The position numbers were made by a program, and so were the translations under genes. This document shows, one piece after another, positions 47,385 through 57,574 of a stretch of DNA of 64,000 nucleotides (its first letter is position 1; the number at the start of each line of letters is the position of its first letter). The notes beneath the pieces were generated by a model. It saw nothing but the letters and a program-made list of their open reading frames with translations. It did not search any database and had not been told where the DNA came from. This DNA is from Gemmatimonadales bacterium (GTDB taxonomy: Bacteria; Gemmatimonadota; Gemmatimonadetes; Gemmatimonadales; GWC2-71-9), in NCBI GenBank assembly GCA_041577295.1, contig JBFGJG010000011.1:1-64000 (forward strand), written 5' to 3'.

Positions 47385-48350
47385 TTATCGCCCTTCCATC
47401 CGCCGCACCTCACGTACGGCCGCATTGTGCTCGCGCAAGGTTCGTGAGAACACGTGTTTTCCATCCGGTCGCGCCACGAAGTAGAGAAAATCACTTTCGA
47501 GCGGATACAGAGCCGCCTCCAGGCTCGCAGCACTGGGCTGCGCGATGGGGTTCGGTGGCAAACCGTCGATCAGATACGTGTTGTAGGGCGACGGCGTTTG
47601 GTAATCTCGTTCGAACAAACGGCGACGAACACCAAGCGCGTAGATGACCGTCGGATCCGCCTGAAGCCGCATTCCACGCCGGAGCCGGTTGTGATAGACC
47701 GATGAGACATACCGGCGATCGGGACCGTAGCGGACCTCCCCTTCGATGATGGAGGCCAAAATCACGATCTCCTGGCGCGTCATGTTCAGGGTGTCGAGCC
47801 GCGCATTCCATGCGGCCTTCCAGTGGCGCTCAAACTCGAGCACCATTCGCGCGACAATATCACGGGCCGTTGCGGTGACGGGAAGCCGGTACGTCTCGGG
47901 ATACAGGTATCCCTCGAGCGTCGCGGCCCCCGTCCCAACCCGCGCCCGCAGGACGCTGTCGCGGGCCGCGGCCAGCAGGCTCTCTGCCGGAACACCGAGT
48001 TGCCGATCGACCGTGGCGGCCACCTCGGTGAGCATCAGCCCTTCGGGGATGACGAGCTGTTGTTCGGCTGTACGGCCGCGTACGAGGATCTCGATGACCT
48101 GACGGACGGACGCATTCGTTGGGATCTCGAACGTGCCAGCTTGGACACGGCGCTCCCGGCCGGACACCTTCGCGTAGAAGCGGAATAGGTGTGGTGAATT
48201 GACCAAGCCGCGTGAAGTGAGCGACTCCGCAACCACGCCCAGACCGGCGCCGGGGGGAACCGTGACGTGCTGTACCGTTCCGGTGGGCGGGGTTTCGTGA
48301 CAGGCGAGCAGCGAGAGCGCGACGCCGGGAAGGAGCAACGACCGCGTCAC
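47385..48350 (-). CDS. mltG: Endolytic transglycosylase MltG
   Basis: LEGYLYPETY, LASIIEGE, LQADPTVIY, SPYNTY, GLPPNPIA, LYFVA. Confidence 0.95.
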   Translation of the reverse strand: MTRSLLLPGVALSLLACHETPPTGTVQHVTVPPGAGLGVVAESLTSRGLVNSPHLFRFYAKVSGRERRVQAGTFEIPTNASVRQVIEILVRGRTAEQQLVIPEGLMLTEVAATVDRQLGVPAESLLAAARDSVLRARVGTGAATLEGYLYPETYRLPVTATARDIVARMVLEFERHWKAAWNARLDTLNMTRQEIVILASIIEGEVRYGPDRRYVSSVYHNRLRRGMRLQADPTVIYALGVRRRLFERDYQTPSPYNTYLIDGLPPNPIAQPSAASLEAALYPLESDFLYFVARPDGKHVFSRTLREHNAAVREVRRMEGR

Positions 48351-48793
48351 CGACGGCGACTATCGAGATAGGCTTGGAGCAAAACGGTGGCCGCCAGCTG
48401 ATCGACCTCACCCTCGCGTCCCCGCGTCTCTCCGCCGAGCTCGCGCACCGCACTGAGCGCACGAGCCGTGGTCATGCGCTCGTCTACGAACACCACGGGG
48501 AGTCCGGTGGCGTCGCCTAGCCGTGCTCCCAATCGACGCACCGCGTCCGACCGATCGTCTTCGGTTCCGTCACCTGTCAGTGGTAGGCCGAGGACGATCC
48601 CTGTGGCGCCGAGCTCTTCCAAATGTTGGCGAAACTGTCGCATGGGGAAACGTTTGCCAATCCGTCGCGTGAGCGTGGCGAGCGGTTGCGCAAGCGTCTG
48701 CGATGTGTCGGACACAGCGAGGCCGATACGTTTCTCTCCCCAATCCACTGCCACGAGCCGCCCTTCCCTGGGGAGATCGGATGGTGCGATCAC
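48347..48793 (-). CDS. ruvX: YqgF/RuvX family nuclease
   Basis: [38 protein letters not shown]. Confidence 0.94.
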   Translation of the reverse strand: MIAPSDLPREGRLVAVDWGEKRIGLAVSDTSQTLAQPLATLTRRIGKRFPMRQFRQHLEELGATGIVLGLPLTGDGTEDDRSDAVRRLGARLGDATGLPVVFVDERMTTARALSAVRELGGETRGREGEVDQLAATVLLQAYLDSRRR

Positions 48794-50040
48794 CCCTGCT
48801 GCATCGTCGAGAAGAATTCCTTGTTGTGCTTCGTTCGCTTCATCCGCTCGAGGAGAAACTCAATGGCTTCCACCGTCGGCATGTCGGCCAAGAAGTTGCG
48901 CAACAGGTACACCTTGTTGAGCTCCTCCTTGTCGAGCAGCAGCTCCTCTTTACGGGTCGAGCTGCGCTGCACATCGATCGCCGGGTAGATACGGCGATCG
49001 GCGATCCGGCGGTCGAGCACCAGCTCCATATTGCCCGTGCCTTTGAACTCCTCGAAGATCACCTCGTCCATGCGACTCCCCGTTTCGATCAGTGCCGTCG
49101 CGATGATTGTCAGCGACCCACCGCTCTCGATATTGCGTGCGGCGCCAAAGAAGCGTTTGGGTTTCTGCAGCGCGTTGGCATCGACACCACCCGAGAGGAT
49201 CTTTCCGGAGTGTGGCACCACAACGTTGTGCGCCCGGGCGAGCCGCGTGATCGAGTCGAGCAGGATGATGACGTCTCGTTTGTGCTCGACCAGACGCCGG
49301 GCCTTCTCGATGACCATGTCAGCCACCTGAACGTGCCGGTCCGCGGGCTCGTCGAATGTCGACGAGATGACCTCGGCCTGCACGTTCTCCTCCATGTCCG
49401 TCACCTCTTCGGGTCGCTCATCGATGAGCAATACGATGAGGATGGCCTCAGGGTGGTTTTCCGTGATCGAATTCGCGATCTTCTGCAGCAGGATGGTCTT
49501 CCCGGCCTTCGGCGGCGCGACGATCAAGCCGCGCTGCCCGAAGCCAATCGGCGTCAGAAGATCCATCACGCGCATCGATAGATCGCCGTCATCACGCTCG
49601 AGCCGGATACGGCGGTCCGGATACCGCGGACGCAGGTTGTCAAAGGCGATCCGGTGCTTAGCCTTCTCCGGTTCCTCGAAGTTGACCTTCTCGACTTTGA
49701 GCAGCGCGAGGTACCGCTCACCCTCCTTGGGAGGGCGAACCTGCCCCAGGACGGTGTCACCCGTGCGAAGGTCGAAGCGCTTGATTTGGCTCGGGCTGAC
49801 GTAGATGTCGTCGGGACCGTATAGGTAGTTCCAGTCCTGACTACGGAGAAAGCCATAACCCTCGGGGAGGATCTCGAGGACTCCCTCACCCCGGAGGACG
49901 GTGTCAGAGTCGAGCAGCGATTGTTCAATTCGGAAGATGAGATCTTGCTTTCGCAGGCCCGAGTAGTTGGTGATGTTCAACTCCTCGGCCATGGCGTGCA
50001 GCTCGCTTACCGATTTCTTCTTGAGTTCAGCGATGTCCAC
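48790..50040 (-). CDS. rho: Transcription termination factor Rho
   Basis: [56 protein letters not shown]. Confidence 0.98.
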   Translation of the reverse strand: MDIAELKKKSVSELHAMAEELNITNYSGLRKQDLIFRIEQSLLDSDTVLRGEGVLEILPEGYGFLRSQDWNYLYGPDDIYVSPSQIKRFDLRTGDTVLGQVRPPKEGERYLALLKVEKVNFEEPEKAKHRIAFDNLRPRYPDRRIRLERDDGDLSMRVMDLLTPIGFGQRGLIVAPPKAGKTILLQKIANSITENHPEAILIVLLIDERPEEVTDMEENVQAEVISSTFDEPADRHVQVADMVIEKARRLVEHKRDVIILLDSITRLARAHNVVVPHSGKILSGGVDANALQKPKRFFGAARNIESGGSLTIIATALIETGSRMDEVIFEEFKGTGNMELVLDRRIADRRIYPAIDVQRSSTRKEELLLDKEELNKVYLLRNFLADMPTVEAIEFLLERMKRTKHNKEFFSTMQQG

Positions 50041-50172
50041 GGGTTTGAGACTCCAGAGAGGGGGGCGGCGGTCAACGGCGTAGCGTGTGGCCCCTGGAAG
50101 GGTGGCCGGACCTGGCCATGTGCGGTTTCGATTTGAGTTTCTGGGATTAGGCAGATATGCAGGTGCAAGGGC

Positions 50173-50201
50173 ATATTATGAGGGGTAACTGCACCCGTCA
50201 A
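50173..50201 (-). promoter_or_regulatory. Candidate sigma70 promoter for the rho operon
   Basis: Minus strand TTGACG-N17-TAATAT. Confidence 0.6.
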
Positions 50202-50209
50202 GTGTCAAG

Positions 50210-51319
50210 GTGAGCTCACTCTCCAGTTTCTTCGTGTACTGGCGGACCATCGTCGTCCGCGATCGTGAGATCGTGGACGCCGTGGTGCATCCGGATCACC
50301 GGGGGCCGTCTCCCGAGCTACGACAGGCGCTCGATGCCTGGCCGGGTCCACGGTACTGGGCGGACGACGACGGGGATGGCCGGTTGGTCCTGATCCGAAC
50401 GCTCAGCAAGCCACGACGGGAGCGCTGGTGGCTCCACGCCCTCCTCTTTCTAGCCACCTTCGGGACCGTTTGGATGGGGGGAGCCCTGGTCGCCGGTTCC
50501 CCGGTCACCCTCCCATTCGTGAGAGACCTCGGCTTGCTGGTCCCGGTGCTGCGCGACTGGTTCGAGACCTTGCGCCCCGGGCTGGGGTTCGCAATCGCTC
50601 TCATGGGGATCCTCTTGGCCCACGAAGCAGGACACTACGTCCTCGCCAAGCGCTACGGGATCGATACCTCGCCGCCGTATTTCCTTCCGTTTCCTCCGAT
50701 GATCAATATCATCGGCACCCTCGGCGCCTTCATTCGGCTGCGCAGCCCGATTCTCGACAGACGTCAGCTCCTCGACATCGGCGCGGCCGGGCCCTGGGCG
50801 GGGTTCGTCGTGGCACTGCTCGTCCTCGTGGTGGGCCTGCTGCAGTCAGAGGTCGTCACGCAGGGAACTGGGCCAACATCCCAGTACATCGTTGCGTCGG
50901 GTCTGCATCTCTATCTCGGCGATTCACCTATTCTCGCCGTCATTCGCCGCGGTCTGATGGGTGACGTCACGGTGGCCATGCACCCCCTCGCGTTCGCGGG
51001 GTGGATTGGCCTGTTCGTGACCATGCTGAATCTCCTGCCCGTCGGCCAGCTGGATGGCGGACACGTGCTGTATGCACTGGTCGGAGACCGCCAGCGCACG
51101 CTGGCGCCGCTGTTCTTTGTGGCCGTGCTGGCCCTGAGCACCGTGTGGGAGTTTTGGTTGGTCTGGGCCATCCTCGTGCTGCTGCTCGGCCGCGGCCGGT
51201 TATCCCACCCGGCGGTAATGGATCGCCACCGCCGCCTCCCCCGAGACCGCCGCTGGTTTGGTTGGGGCACGCTGCTGCTCTTCGTGGCGACATTCACGCC
51301 CGCCCCCTTCCAGTGGTGA
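50210..51319 (+). CDS. Site-2 protease (M50) family membrane metalloprotease
   Basis: HEAGH, IGTLGAFI, GAAGPWAG, LNLLPVGQLDGGH. Confidence 0.92.
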   Translation: MSSLSSFFVYWRTIVVRDREIVDAVVHPDHRGPSPELRQALDAWPGPRYWADDDGDGRLVLIRTLSKPRRERWWLHALLFLATFGTVWMGGALVAGSPVTLPFVRDLGLLVPVLRDWFETLRPGLGFAIALMGILLAHEAGHYVLAKRYGIDTSPPYFLPFPPMINIIGTLGAFIRLRSPILDRRQLLDIGAAGPWAGFVVALLVLVVGLLQSEVVTQGTGPTSQYIVASGLHLYLGDSPILAVIRRGLMGDVTVAMHPLAFAGWIGLFVTMLNLLPVGQLDGGHVLYALVGDRQRTLAPLFFVAVLALSTVWEFWLVWAILVLLLGRGRLSHPAVMDRHRRLPRDRRWFGWGTLLLFVATFTPAPFQW

Positions 51320-51375
51320 GTATTGCATAAGTCCTAGACACGTTTATATTTGCGCAAACCTGCAGGGAGCAAAGC

Positions 51376-51663
51376 ATGCCGGGAAATCCGGTCCGCCACG
51401 GCGCGACCGATCCTGGACAGCCCACCATACATGAACTCCCGCCACTGCGGTACGCGGGGGCTCTCGTGCCGGTCCACCTCGAGGTACGGCGCGAGGATGA
51501 CGGGACGTGGCGAGGCCGTCTGATCTTCGGGTCGATCGACGAGGGCACCGCCCCGGCCACGGGGGAGATCTTCTGCGCTCCCAGCGAAGCCGATCTGTGG
51601 GAGGCGGTTCGGGATCTCCGAGATCATCACCAACGTGACCTTTACCGATCGATCGTCGAATGA
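51376..51663 (+). CDS. Small hypothetical protein (95 aa)
   Basis: GGGAG SD; protein-like sequence; ATGA overlap with the next gene. Confidence 0.65.
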   Translation: MPGNPVRHGATDPGQPTIHELPPLRYAGALVPVHLEVRREDDGTWRGRLIFGSIDEGTAPATGEIFCAPSEADLWEAVRDLRDHHQRDLYRSIVE

Positions 51664-51857
51664 GCAGCGACATAGAAGACTTCCGCAAGTTTCGGCACGA
51701 CATCTCCAACCCGCTTTCCGCCCTCCTCGCCGAGACGCAACTGCTCCTGCTACGCGCTGATAGCCTCGATGAAGAGACCGTGACATCGTTACGAGATATC
51801 GAGACGTTGGCACGGCGCATGCGGGATATGCTGCACCAGCACGCTAAGCAAAAATAG
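51660..51857 (+). CDS. Stand-alone HisKA (DHp) domain microprotein
   Basis: H-box RHDISNPLSALL followed by a second amphipathic helix; no ATPase or sensor domain. Confidence 0.78.
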   Translation: MSSDIEDFRKFRHDISNPLSALLAETQLLLLRADSLDEETVTSLRDIETLARRMRDMLHQHAKQK

Positions 51858-51958
51858 TCCCTGCATTGGGGGGCAATCGCCCGGCGCAGTTGTCGGGTTG
51901 ACGCCGCCCGTGCAACGGATCAACGTAGAGTTCCCTCCGAACTCAGCCGGAGAACCGC

Positions 51959-53341
51959 ATGTTCCAGCGGCTAAGGTTTCCCGTACGTTCGCGACCTCGA
52001 TTCGCGGTGCTGCTCACGGCCGGTGGCGTGATCGGAGCGCTAGGCTGCGCCGGCGCTCCCGCTACACAGCCTGTTTCGCCGGGCGAAATCCCTGAGCTCG
52101 AGCGACGGCTCGCCGAAGATCCCCAGAATGGTCAACTCCTGATTCGCTATGCGTCGGCACTCTATGCCGCTGCGCGATGTGACACGGCACGGGTAGTTGC
52201 CCGCGTCGCCGGCGCACGACGCCCGACAGACGCTACGGCGCCGCTGATCATCGGACAGTGCTCCGAACGTGATGGAGATTACGATCAGGCCCTCGAGGCG
52301 TATCAACAGTATCTCGCGCGCGCCGCGTCGTCCCCCGGGGCACCAGTGGTTCGCGCCCGCGAGATGATGGCAGTGCGGGAGCGAGCTCGCGCACGCGCTC
52401 GAGAGGCTTTGGCCAACGAGACTCAGCTGGGGACGCCCGACCCAACTGCCGTGGCCGTGCTTCCGCTCGAGATTAGCGGCGACTCTTCCTACTTGCCGCT
52501 GTCCCGGGGTCTTGCCCAAATGCTTACCTCGGACCTCGCCTTGTTGCGTCGCTTTCCGTTGGTGGAGCGCCTGCAGTTGAGCGCGCTGATAGAAGAGATG
52601 GCGCTGGCCGAAGCGGGGCGCGTGGATTCGTCGACGGCCGCGCGGGTGGGCAATCTCATTCAGGCGGGTCGGCTCGTGCAGGGATTGGCGGCGATTCCGC
52701 CGGCTGGTGACATGCGGCTGGAGGCGGGCATTGTTCAAGCGACGGGTGAGGTGTTGCCGCCTGCAGTCACCACGGGGCGTTTCGGGGATCTGTTGCGTCT
52801 GGAGAAGGCAGTGGTGCTGATTCTCGCACGCCGCATGGGGTTCGAGCTGTCAGAAGCCGAACGGCAACGCATTCTCGAGAACGGCACGCAGAACCTGGCC
52901 GCGTTCTTGGCGTACTCCCGAGGGTTGCTCGAAGAGGAGCGGGGCAACTACGCCGCCGCTGCCGAACACTACGCGGAGGCAGCCCGGCAGGATCCCAACT
53001 TCCAGGAAGCGAAAGACCGGCATCAAGCCGCAGCAGCGGCGCCATTCGCCATGCAAATCAACCCGTCGCAGTTGCCGGCATTGGCGTCGCTTACGGTGCC
53101 CGCGCCAGCCTCAGGCGGGGCGTCACAAGCGATGGCTGGGTTCACGCCGATTGCCACCACCAGCGCGGTACAGACCGGCCTCGGTGATCTCGCGTCCACG
53201 CATTCAGAGCAGACCTCGCCGCTGGGGCCGCAGCAAACAACGCAGGGCGCATCGAATTCGCCGACGTCCCAGCCGCCACCATCGATCGTGATCCCGCCCG
53301 AGATCCGCGGCACGATTCGCATCATCATCCGTATCCCATGA
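51959..53341 (+). CDS. TPR + CsgG/HfaB/TolB-N-like lipoprotein
   Basis: Lipobox ALG|C; TPR-like helices; VAVLPL...GLAQMLTSDL...LVERLQL...AARVGNL. Confidence 0.72.
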   Translation: MFQRLRFPVRSRPRFAVLLTAGGVIGALGCAGAPATQPVSPGEIPELERRLAEDPQNGQLLIRYASALYAAARCDTARVVARVAGARRPTDATAPLIIGQCSERDGDYDQALEAYQQYLARAASSPGAPVVRAREMMAVRERARARAREALANETQLGTPDPTAVAVLPLEISGDSSYLPLSRGLAQMLTSDLALLRRFPLVERLQLSALIEEMALAEAGRVDSSTAARVGNLIQAGRLVQGLAAIPPAGDMRLEAGIVQATGEVLPPAVTTGRFGDLLRLEKAVVLILARRMGFELSEAERQRILENGTQNLAAFLAYSRGLLEEERGNYAAAAEHYAEAARQDPNFQEAKDRHQAAAAAPFAMQINPSQLPALASLTVPAPASGGASQAMAGFTPIATTSAVQTGLGDLASTHSEQTSPLGPQQTTQGASNSPTSQPPPSIVIPPEIRGTIRIIIRIP

Positions 53342-54483
53342 GACGCCTCACGCTGTGCCTCATCCTCCTGGCAACGACTGCCAGCGTTGCCAGTGCCCAA
53401 GTGGGGTCGTACGGGCGGACCGCCGTCATCTTCGAGCGCTACGTGTTCGATGACGGTTTGACCCTGGGTAATGCGGATCTTACAGCAATCTCCGAGCTGA
53501 CGATTCCCGTAGGTGTCACGATCCCCATGGGTCGTTTCGTCGACTTGGCGATCTCGAGCGGATTTGCACGGGTCCAGCTCGAGCGTATGGGCGCGGGTGA
53601 TCAGACCATCACCGGCGCGCTCGACACCGAAGCCCGACTAAGCTGGCAAGCGATACCCGGCAATCTCATCGTGTTCGTCTCGGGAGCCATTCCTACGGGC
53701 ATCGAGACGGTGCGGCAGGAGGAGCTCGGTGCACTGAGCCTCCTCGCGAGCGACATCGTGGGCTTCTCCTCTGCCACGCTCGGGACGGGCGGCAACGTCG
53801 GCGGCGGTTTCGCGGGAGCGATCCCTGTTGGCACGTGGGCGATTGGATTGGGCGGCACATTCCGGGAGCCGTTGGCGTACTCCCCGGTTGCCGGTCAGGA
53901 TGGCGATTTGAAGCCGGGGCGAGAGCTTCGCCTGCGCACCGGCGCTGAAGGTCCCCTCGGAGTGCGCACCTATCTCCGCGTTGCCGGTATCGTCGCCCTG
54001 CGGGCAAAGGATGAGTTGGCCAGCACAACGGCAAACGGCGTTGGCAATCGGTACATGGGGTACGTCTCGTTGGATCAGAGCGTCGCGAACGCCTCGTTGA
54101 CGTTTTACGTCTACGACGTCTATCGCTCCAATCCACGCGTGGAAGAGACCGCTGTGGGAACGGGTGTACTGCCTCGCAGTAACTTGTTGGCGGGTGGTGC
54201 GCGCGTCTCCATCCCGGTAGGCCCTCGCACCGGTTTGGTACCGCGAATCGAATTCCGCAACTCATGGGCGGCACCGAGTGAGATGAACACCAGGCTACGA
54301 ACGGCAGGGCGGTCGCTGCGCTTTGGGGCCGATTGGCGGCAGGGTGTCCACGATCACTTTGCCATCGTGATTCAGGGTGAGGGAGTGGTTGGATTCGTGC
54401 GTCAGATCGGAGACCAGCAACTCGGCAGCCGGGTGGATCTTCGCGGATTCCGCGCCGCTCTTCACTTCGAGATCACCCGTTAG
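53338..54483 (+). CDS. Exported protein, probable outer-membrane beta-barrel
   Basis: Signal peptide ending VASA|Q; amphipathic beta strands; coupled to the upstream lipoprotein. Confidence 0.65.
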   Translation: MRRLTLCLILLATTASVASAQVGSYGRTAVIFERYVFDDGLTLGNADLTAISELTIPVGVTIPMGRFVDLAISSGFARVQLERMGAGDQTITGALDTEARLSWQAIPGNLIVFVSGAIPTGIETVRQEELGALSLLASDIVGFSSATLGTGGNVGGGFAGAIPVGTWAIGLGGTFREPLAYSPVAGQDGDLKPGRELRLRTGAEGPLGVRTYLRVAGIVALRAKDELASTTANGVGNRYMGYVSLDQSVANASLTFYVYDVYRSNPRVEETAVGTGVLPRSNLLAGGARVSIPVGPRTGLVPRIEFRNSWAAPSEMNTRLRTAGRSLRFGADWRQGVHDHFAIVIQGEGVVGFVRQIGDQQLGSRVDLRGFRAALHFEITR

Positions 54484-54509
54484 TCACGCATCTGCTCATC
54501 TGAAGGTCG

Positions 54510-54537
54510 AGGGCCCGGCGCAAACGCCGGGCCCTTG
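54510..54537 (+). terminator. Terminator-like hairpin
   Basis: AGGGCCCGGCG-caaa-CGCCGGGCCCT. Confidence 0.7.
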
Positions 54538-54583
54538 GTATTCTTGACGCCTACCACGCATCCCTAGGGAGGGACGCGAGACA

Positions 54584-55564
54584 ATGCTGCACGTGACGAA
54601 CGGAGACGTGGTTGTCCATCACATCCGCGCAGCGGGTTTGCCAGGTCAGGTCGTTCCCTGGCGAGACGTGCTTCACGAGGGTCCCGTTCCGAGCGGCCTC
54701 TCGTGGCAGGAGCTGCGGGAGGTGCGCGCGCGTTTTATTGCGGCGCAGGGGTGGGGCGACTATGCGACCGCGATGCGTTACTTCGAGGAGCGCGACGCAG
54801 CCCTCGCAACGTCGACGATGCAAAACGAGGTCGTCCTCTGGTTCGAGCACGACCTGTACGACCAGCTGCAGCTGATCCAGGTGCTTGCGTTCTGCGAAAA
54901 CACGAAGGCGAATGCAGAGAATCTTCGAGCGGTGGTCGTTGGCGAGTATCTGGGACAATTGCCCCCGGAGTGGTTCGCAGAGCGATTCCCTCGGCGCCAG
55001 GCGATTACTGCGGCCGAGCTTTCGCTTGCGGCCCGAGCTTGGGCGGCCTTCCGGTCCCCCGATCCCACCGCCATCACGACATTCCTCGAGAGCGATCATC
55101 GGCGGCTCCCCTACCTCGGGGACGCATTCTACCGGCATCTCCAGGAGTTTCCCGATGACGCGGGGCTAGGCCGCACCGAGCGCCAGATCGTCGAAATCGT
55201 GTCCGATGGCGGCGTACGTTTGTCGGATGCGTTTCGAGCGAATCAGGAACGGGAATCTGCGGTATTTCTCGGCGATGCGGTGTTCGCGATCGTTCTCGAG
55301 CGGCTGAGCGGGACCTCACATCCACTCATTCGGCTCGAAAGCGGCAAACCGATACGGGCCCCGCGGTCGCTCGATCCTGACCCCAGTTTTTGGAAACAAC
55401 GTGCCGTCGTAACCGACTTGGGCAGGGCCACGCTCGAAGGGGGTCATGACTGGATAGGGCTTGCCGGGATCAATCGATGGCTCGGGGGGGTGCATCTCCG
55501 AGGGCACGAGGTTCAGTGGCGGTGGGACGAAGGTAAACGCACCCTCGTCTCCCTCACGCAGTGA
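54584..55564 (+). CDS. DUF1835-like protein
   Basis: MLHVTNGD, PWRDVLHEGPVP, LWFEHDLYDQLQL, FLGD, RWLGGVHL. Confidence 0.8.
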   Translation: MLHVTNGDVVVHHIRAAGLPGQVVPWRDVLHEGPVPSGLSWQELREVRARFIAAQGWGDYATAMRYFEERDAALATSTMQNEVVLWFEHDLYDQLQLIQVLAFCENTKANAENLRAVVVGEYLGQLPPEWFAERFPRRQAITAAELSLAARAWAAFRSPDPTAITTFLESDHRRLPYLGDAFYRHLQEFPDDAGLGRTERQIVEIVSDGGVRLSDAFRANQERESAVFLGDAVFAIVLERLSGTSHPLIRLESGKPIRAPRSLDPDPSFWKQRAVVTDLGRATLEGGHDWIGLAGINRWLGGVHLRGHEVQWRWDEGKRTLVSLTQ

Positions 55565-55578
55565 AGCCTTCCTAACCC

Positions 55579-56553
55579 TCACTCAGTCATGCCGGCCTGT
55601 TGTCTCACGTATTCGGCTGCCTGCCGGTGCGTGGCGAACCAGACTCCGCTCTTCGATCGCATGTGTTCGATGAGACGCTCCAGAATGACGATGCGGGATC
55701 GGTGACCGATATAATGGGGATGCATCGTCAGGAGGAACATCGTTCCTTCTTCGTACGCGCGGTCGAACTCATCGATGTAGACTTGCAGCACCTCCCGGGG
55801 TGAGCTGTATCGATCGCCGCGCGGGTTGAGAAGAGGCGCGTCATCGAGGATCCAATCCACCGGTAACTCCACGAGCCCCGTTGGTTCTCCGTTCGCCACG
55901 ATTTCGTATGGCCGATCGTCCGCCATGAGCGAGCTTTCGTATAGGAATCCGAGCTCGCGAACGATTCCTAACGTGTGCGGGCTAAAGTTCCACGATGGGG
56001 CGCGGTAGCCCACCGGTCGATACCCGGTCAGGTTCGTCAGCTCCTCGATCGCGCGCACCAACAGCTCTCGCTCACGCTCCGCAGTGAGCGACGTGTTCAT
56101 CTCGTGAATCCAGCCATGAACACCGAACTCGTGATGACCAGCACGCTTGATGGCGTCCACCATCTCGGGATGGAGCCTGAGACTGATGGCGGGAATGAAA
56201 AAGGATGCCGGAATGCTGTCGCGGTCGAGTACGTCGAGGACGCGTCCTAGCCCGACACGCGCCCCATATTCACCCTGTGACAACGTGCCGATAGTTGGTT
56301 CCCCAAATCGCAGAAACACCGTCTCGTTGTCCACGTCAAACGAGAGTAGCACGGCGACACGAGCGCCTCCAGGCCAGCCTTCCGGCTGTAATGAACGTCC
56401 TGCGCGGACTTCGCTCACCGTGGAAAAGATGCGCTCTTCGGTCCACTCCCATCCCGGAACGACCGCTTCACGCTCAGGGGCGGTACGGCAGGTAGTGAAG
56501 ACCACCACGCTCACCACCACTACGAGAGCGGGAACCCTGCGTCGCGTCACCAT
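55579..56553 (-). CDS. Polysaccharide deacetylase family protein (PuuE/PgdA-like), probably exported
   Basis: LSFDVD, GEYGARVG, HGWIHE, GYRAPSW, LTMHP. Confidence 0.88.
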   Translation of the reverse strand: MVTRRRVPALVVVVSVVVFTTCRTAPEREAVVPGWEWTEERIFSTVSEVRAGRSLQPEGWPGGARVAVLLSFDVDNETVFLRFGEPTIGTLSQGEYGARVGLGRVLDVLDRDSIPASFFIPAISLRLHPEMVDAIKRAGHHEFGVHGWIHEMNTSLTAERERELLVRAIEELTNLTGYRPVGYRAPSWNFSPHTLGIVRELGFLYESSLMADDRPYEIVANGEPTGLVELPVDWILDDAPLLNPRGDRYSSPREVLQVYIDEFDRAYEEGTMFLLTMHPHYIGHRSRIVILERLIEHMRSKSGVWFATHRQAAEYVRQQAGMTE

Positions 56554-56569
56554 CGTGTTCTCCGGTGTG

Positions 56570-57574
56570 TCATGACTTCGAAAGGAGGTAATGGGCTACG
56601 AGCCACTCAAGTCCCTGTTCGTATCCAAACAGCTCTTCACATGCGAGAAAAAAGAGCCGCCATCGGTGAAACCAACGCGTGCTGTCTGTCCCATAGGTTT
56701 TTTCCAGGATGGGGAGTGCTGCATCCCGGTGCGTCTCGAGGTTGCTGCGCCACGCAGCTGCCGTACGCGCGTAATGCGTTCCGTTGACCAGCCAGCGTTG
56801 CTCGAGTGCAAACTCATCTGCAAACGACAACAGCAGGTCAGCGGATGGCATGATACCACCGGTAAAAAAGTGACGACCCATCCAGTTTGCGGCACCATTC
56901 GTTTCGAATGCGTAGGCAAAGCGTCGGTGACAGAAGATGTGGATAAAGAGCTTTCCGTCAGGTCGGAGCCAGCTGGCGATTTGCCGAAGCAGTACGCGGT
57001 AGTTCCGCATGTGTTCGAACATCTCGATACTCACCACGCGATCGAACCGCTCGGGGGTGTCGAACGTGTTCATGTCGGCCGTGATGACAGTGACGTTCGA
57101 GGGTGCACGGCTTTCGAGAAAACGACGTTGCGGAACGGAGTTGGAGACCGACACGATCCGGCTGTTGGGAAAACGTCGGGCCACGTAGAGGGAAAGCGAT
57201 CCCCAACCACAGCCGAGATCGAGGATAGTTTGCCCGTCCTCAATTCGAGCCCGCTGGCACGTTTCCGCCAGCATTCGCTCCTCGGCCCCGACGAGCTCAC
57301 GAGTGCCGTTGGACCAAAGGGCACTGCTGTACTTCATATGCGGCCCGAGAACGAGCTGAAAGAACGCCGGCGGTACCTCGTAATGTTGCTCGTTGGCTTT
57401 CTCCGGAACGTACGCGATGGGCGCGGCGTCCATGGCTTCCCGCAACACGGCCTCGTTATCATGAGCTCGTTGCTCATTGAGGCGCGCCACGAGGAGACGT
57501 CGGATTCCCCATCGCACCCAGGTCAGCGGTACGAGCCCGCGTTCCGCCAAGCTCAGCCCGATCTGAAACATCAT
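56570..57574 (-). CDS. SAM-dependent methyltransferase, CFA-synthase/CNMT family
   Basis: ANEQHYEVP, KYSS, LDLGCGWGSL, VSIEMFEHMRNY, FFTGG, FFLACEELFGY. Confidence 0.9.
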   Translation of the reverse strand: MMFQIGLSLAERGLVPLTWVRWGIRRLLVARLNEQRAHDNEAVLREAMDAAPIAYVPEKANEQHYEVPPAFFQLVLGPHMKYSSALWSNGTRELVGAEERMLAETCQRARIEDGQTILDLGCGWGSLSLYVARRFPNSRIVSVSNSVPQRRFLESRAPSNVTVITADMNTFDTPERFDRVVSIEMFEHMRNYRVLLRQIASWLRPDGKLFIHIFCHRRFAYAFETNGAANWMGRHFFTGGIMPSADLLLSFADEFALEQRWLVNGTHYARTAAAWRSNLETHRDAALPILEKTYGTDSTRWFHRWRLFFLACEELFGYEQGLEWLVAHYLLSKS

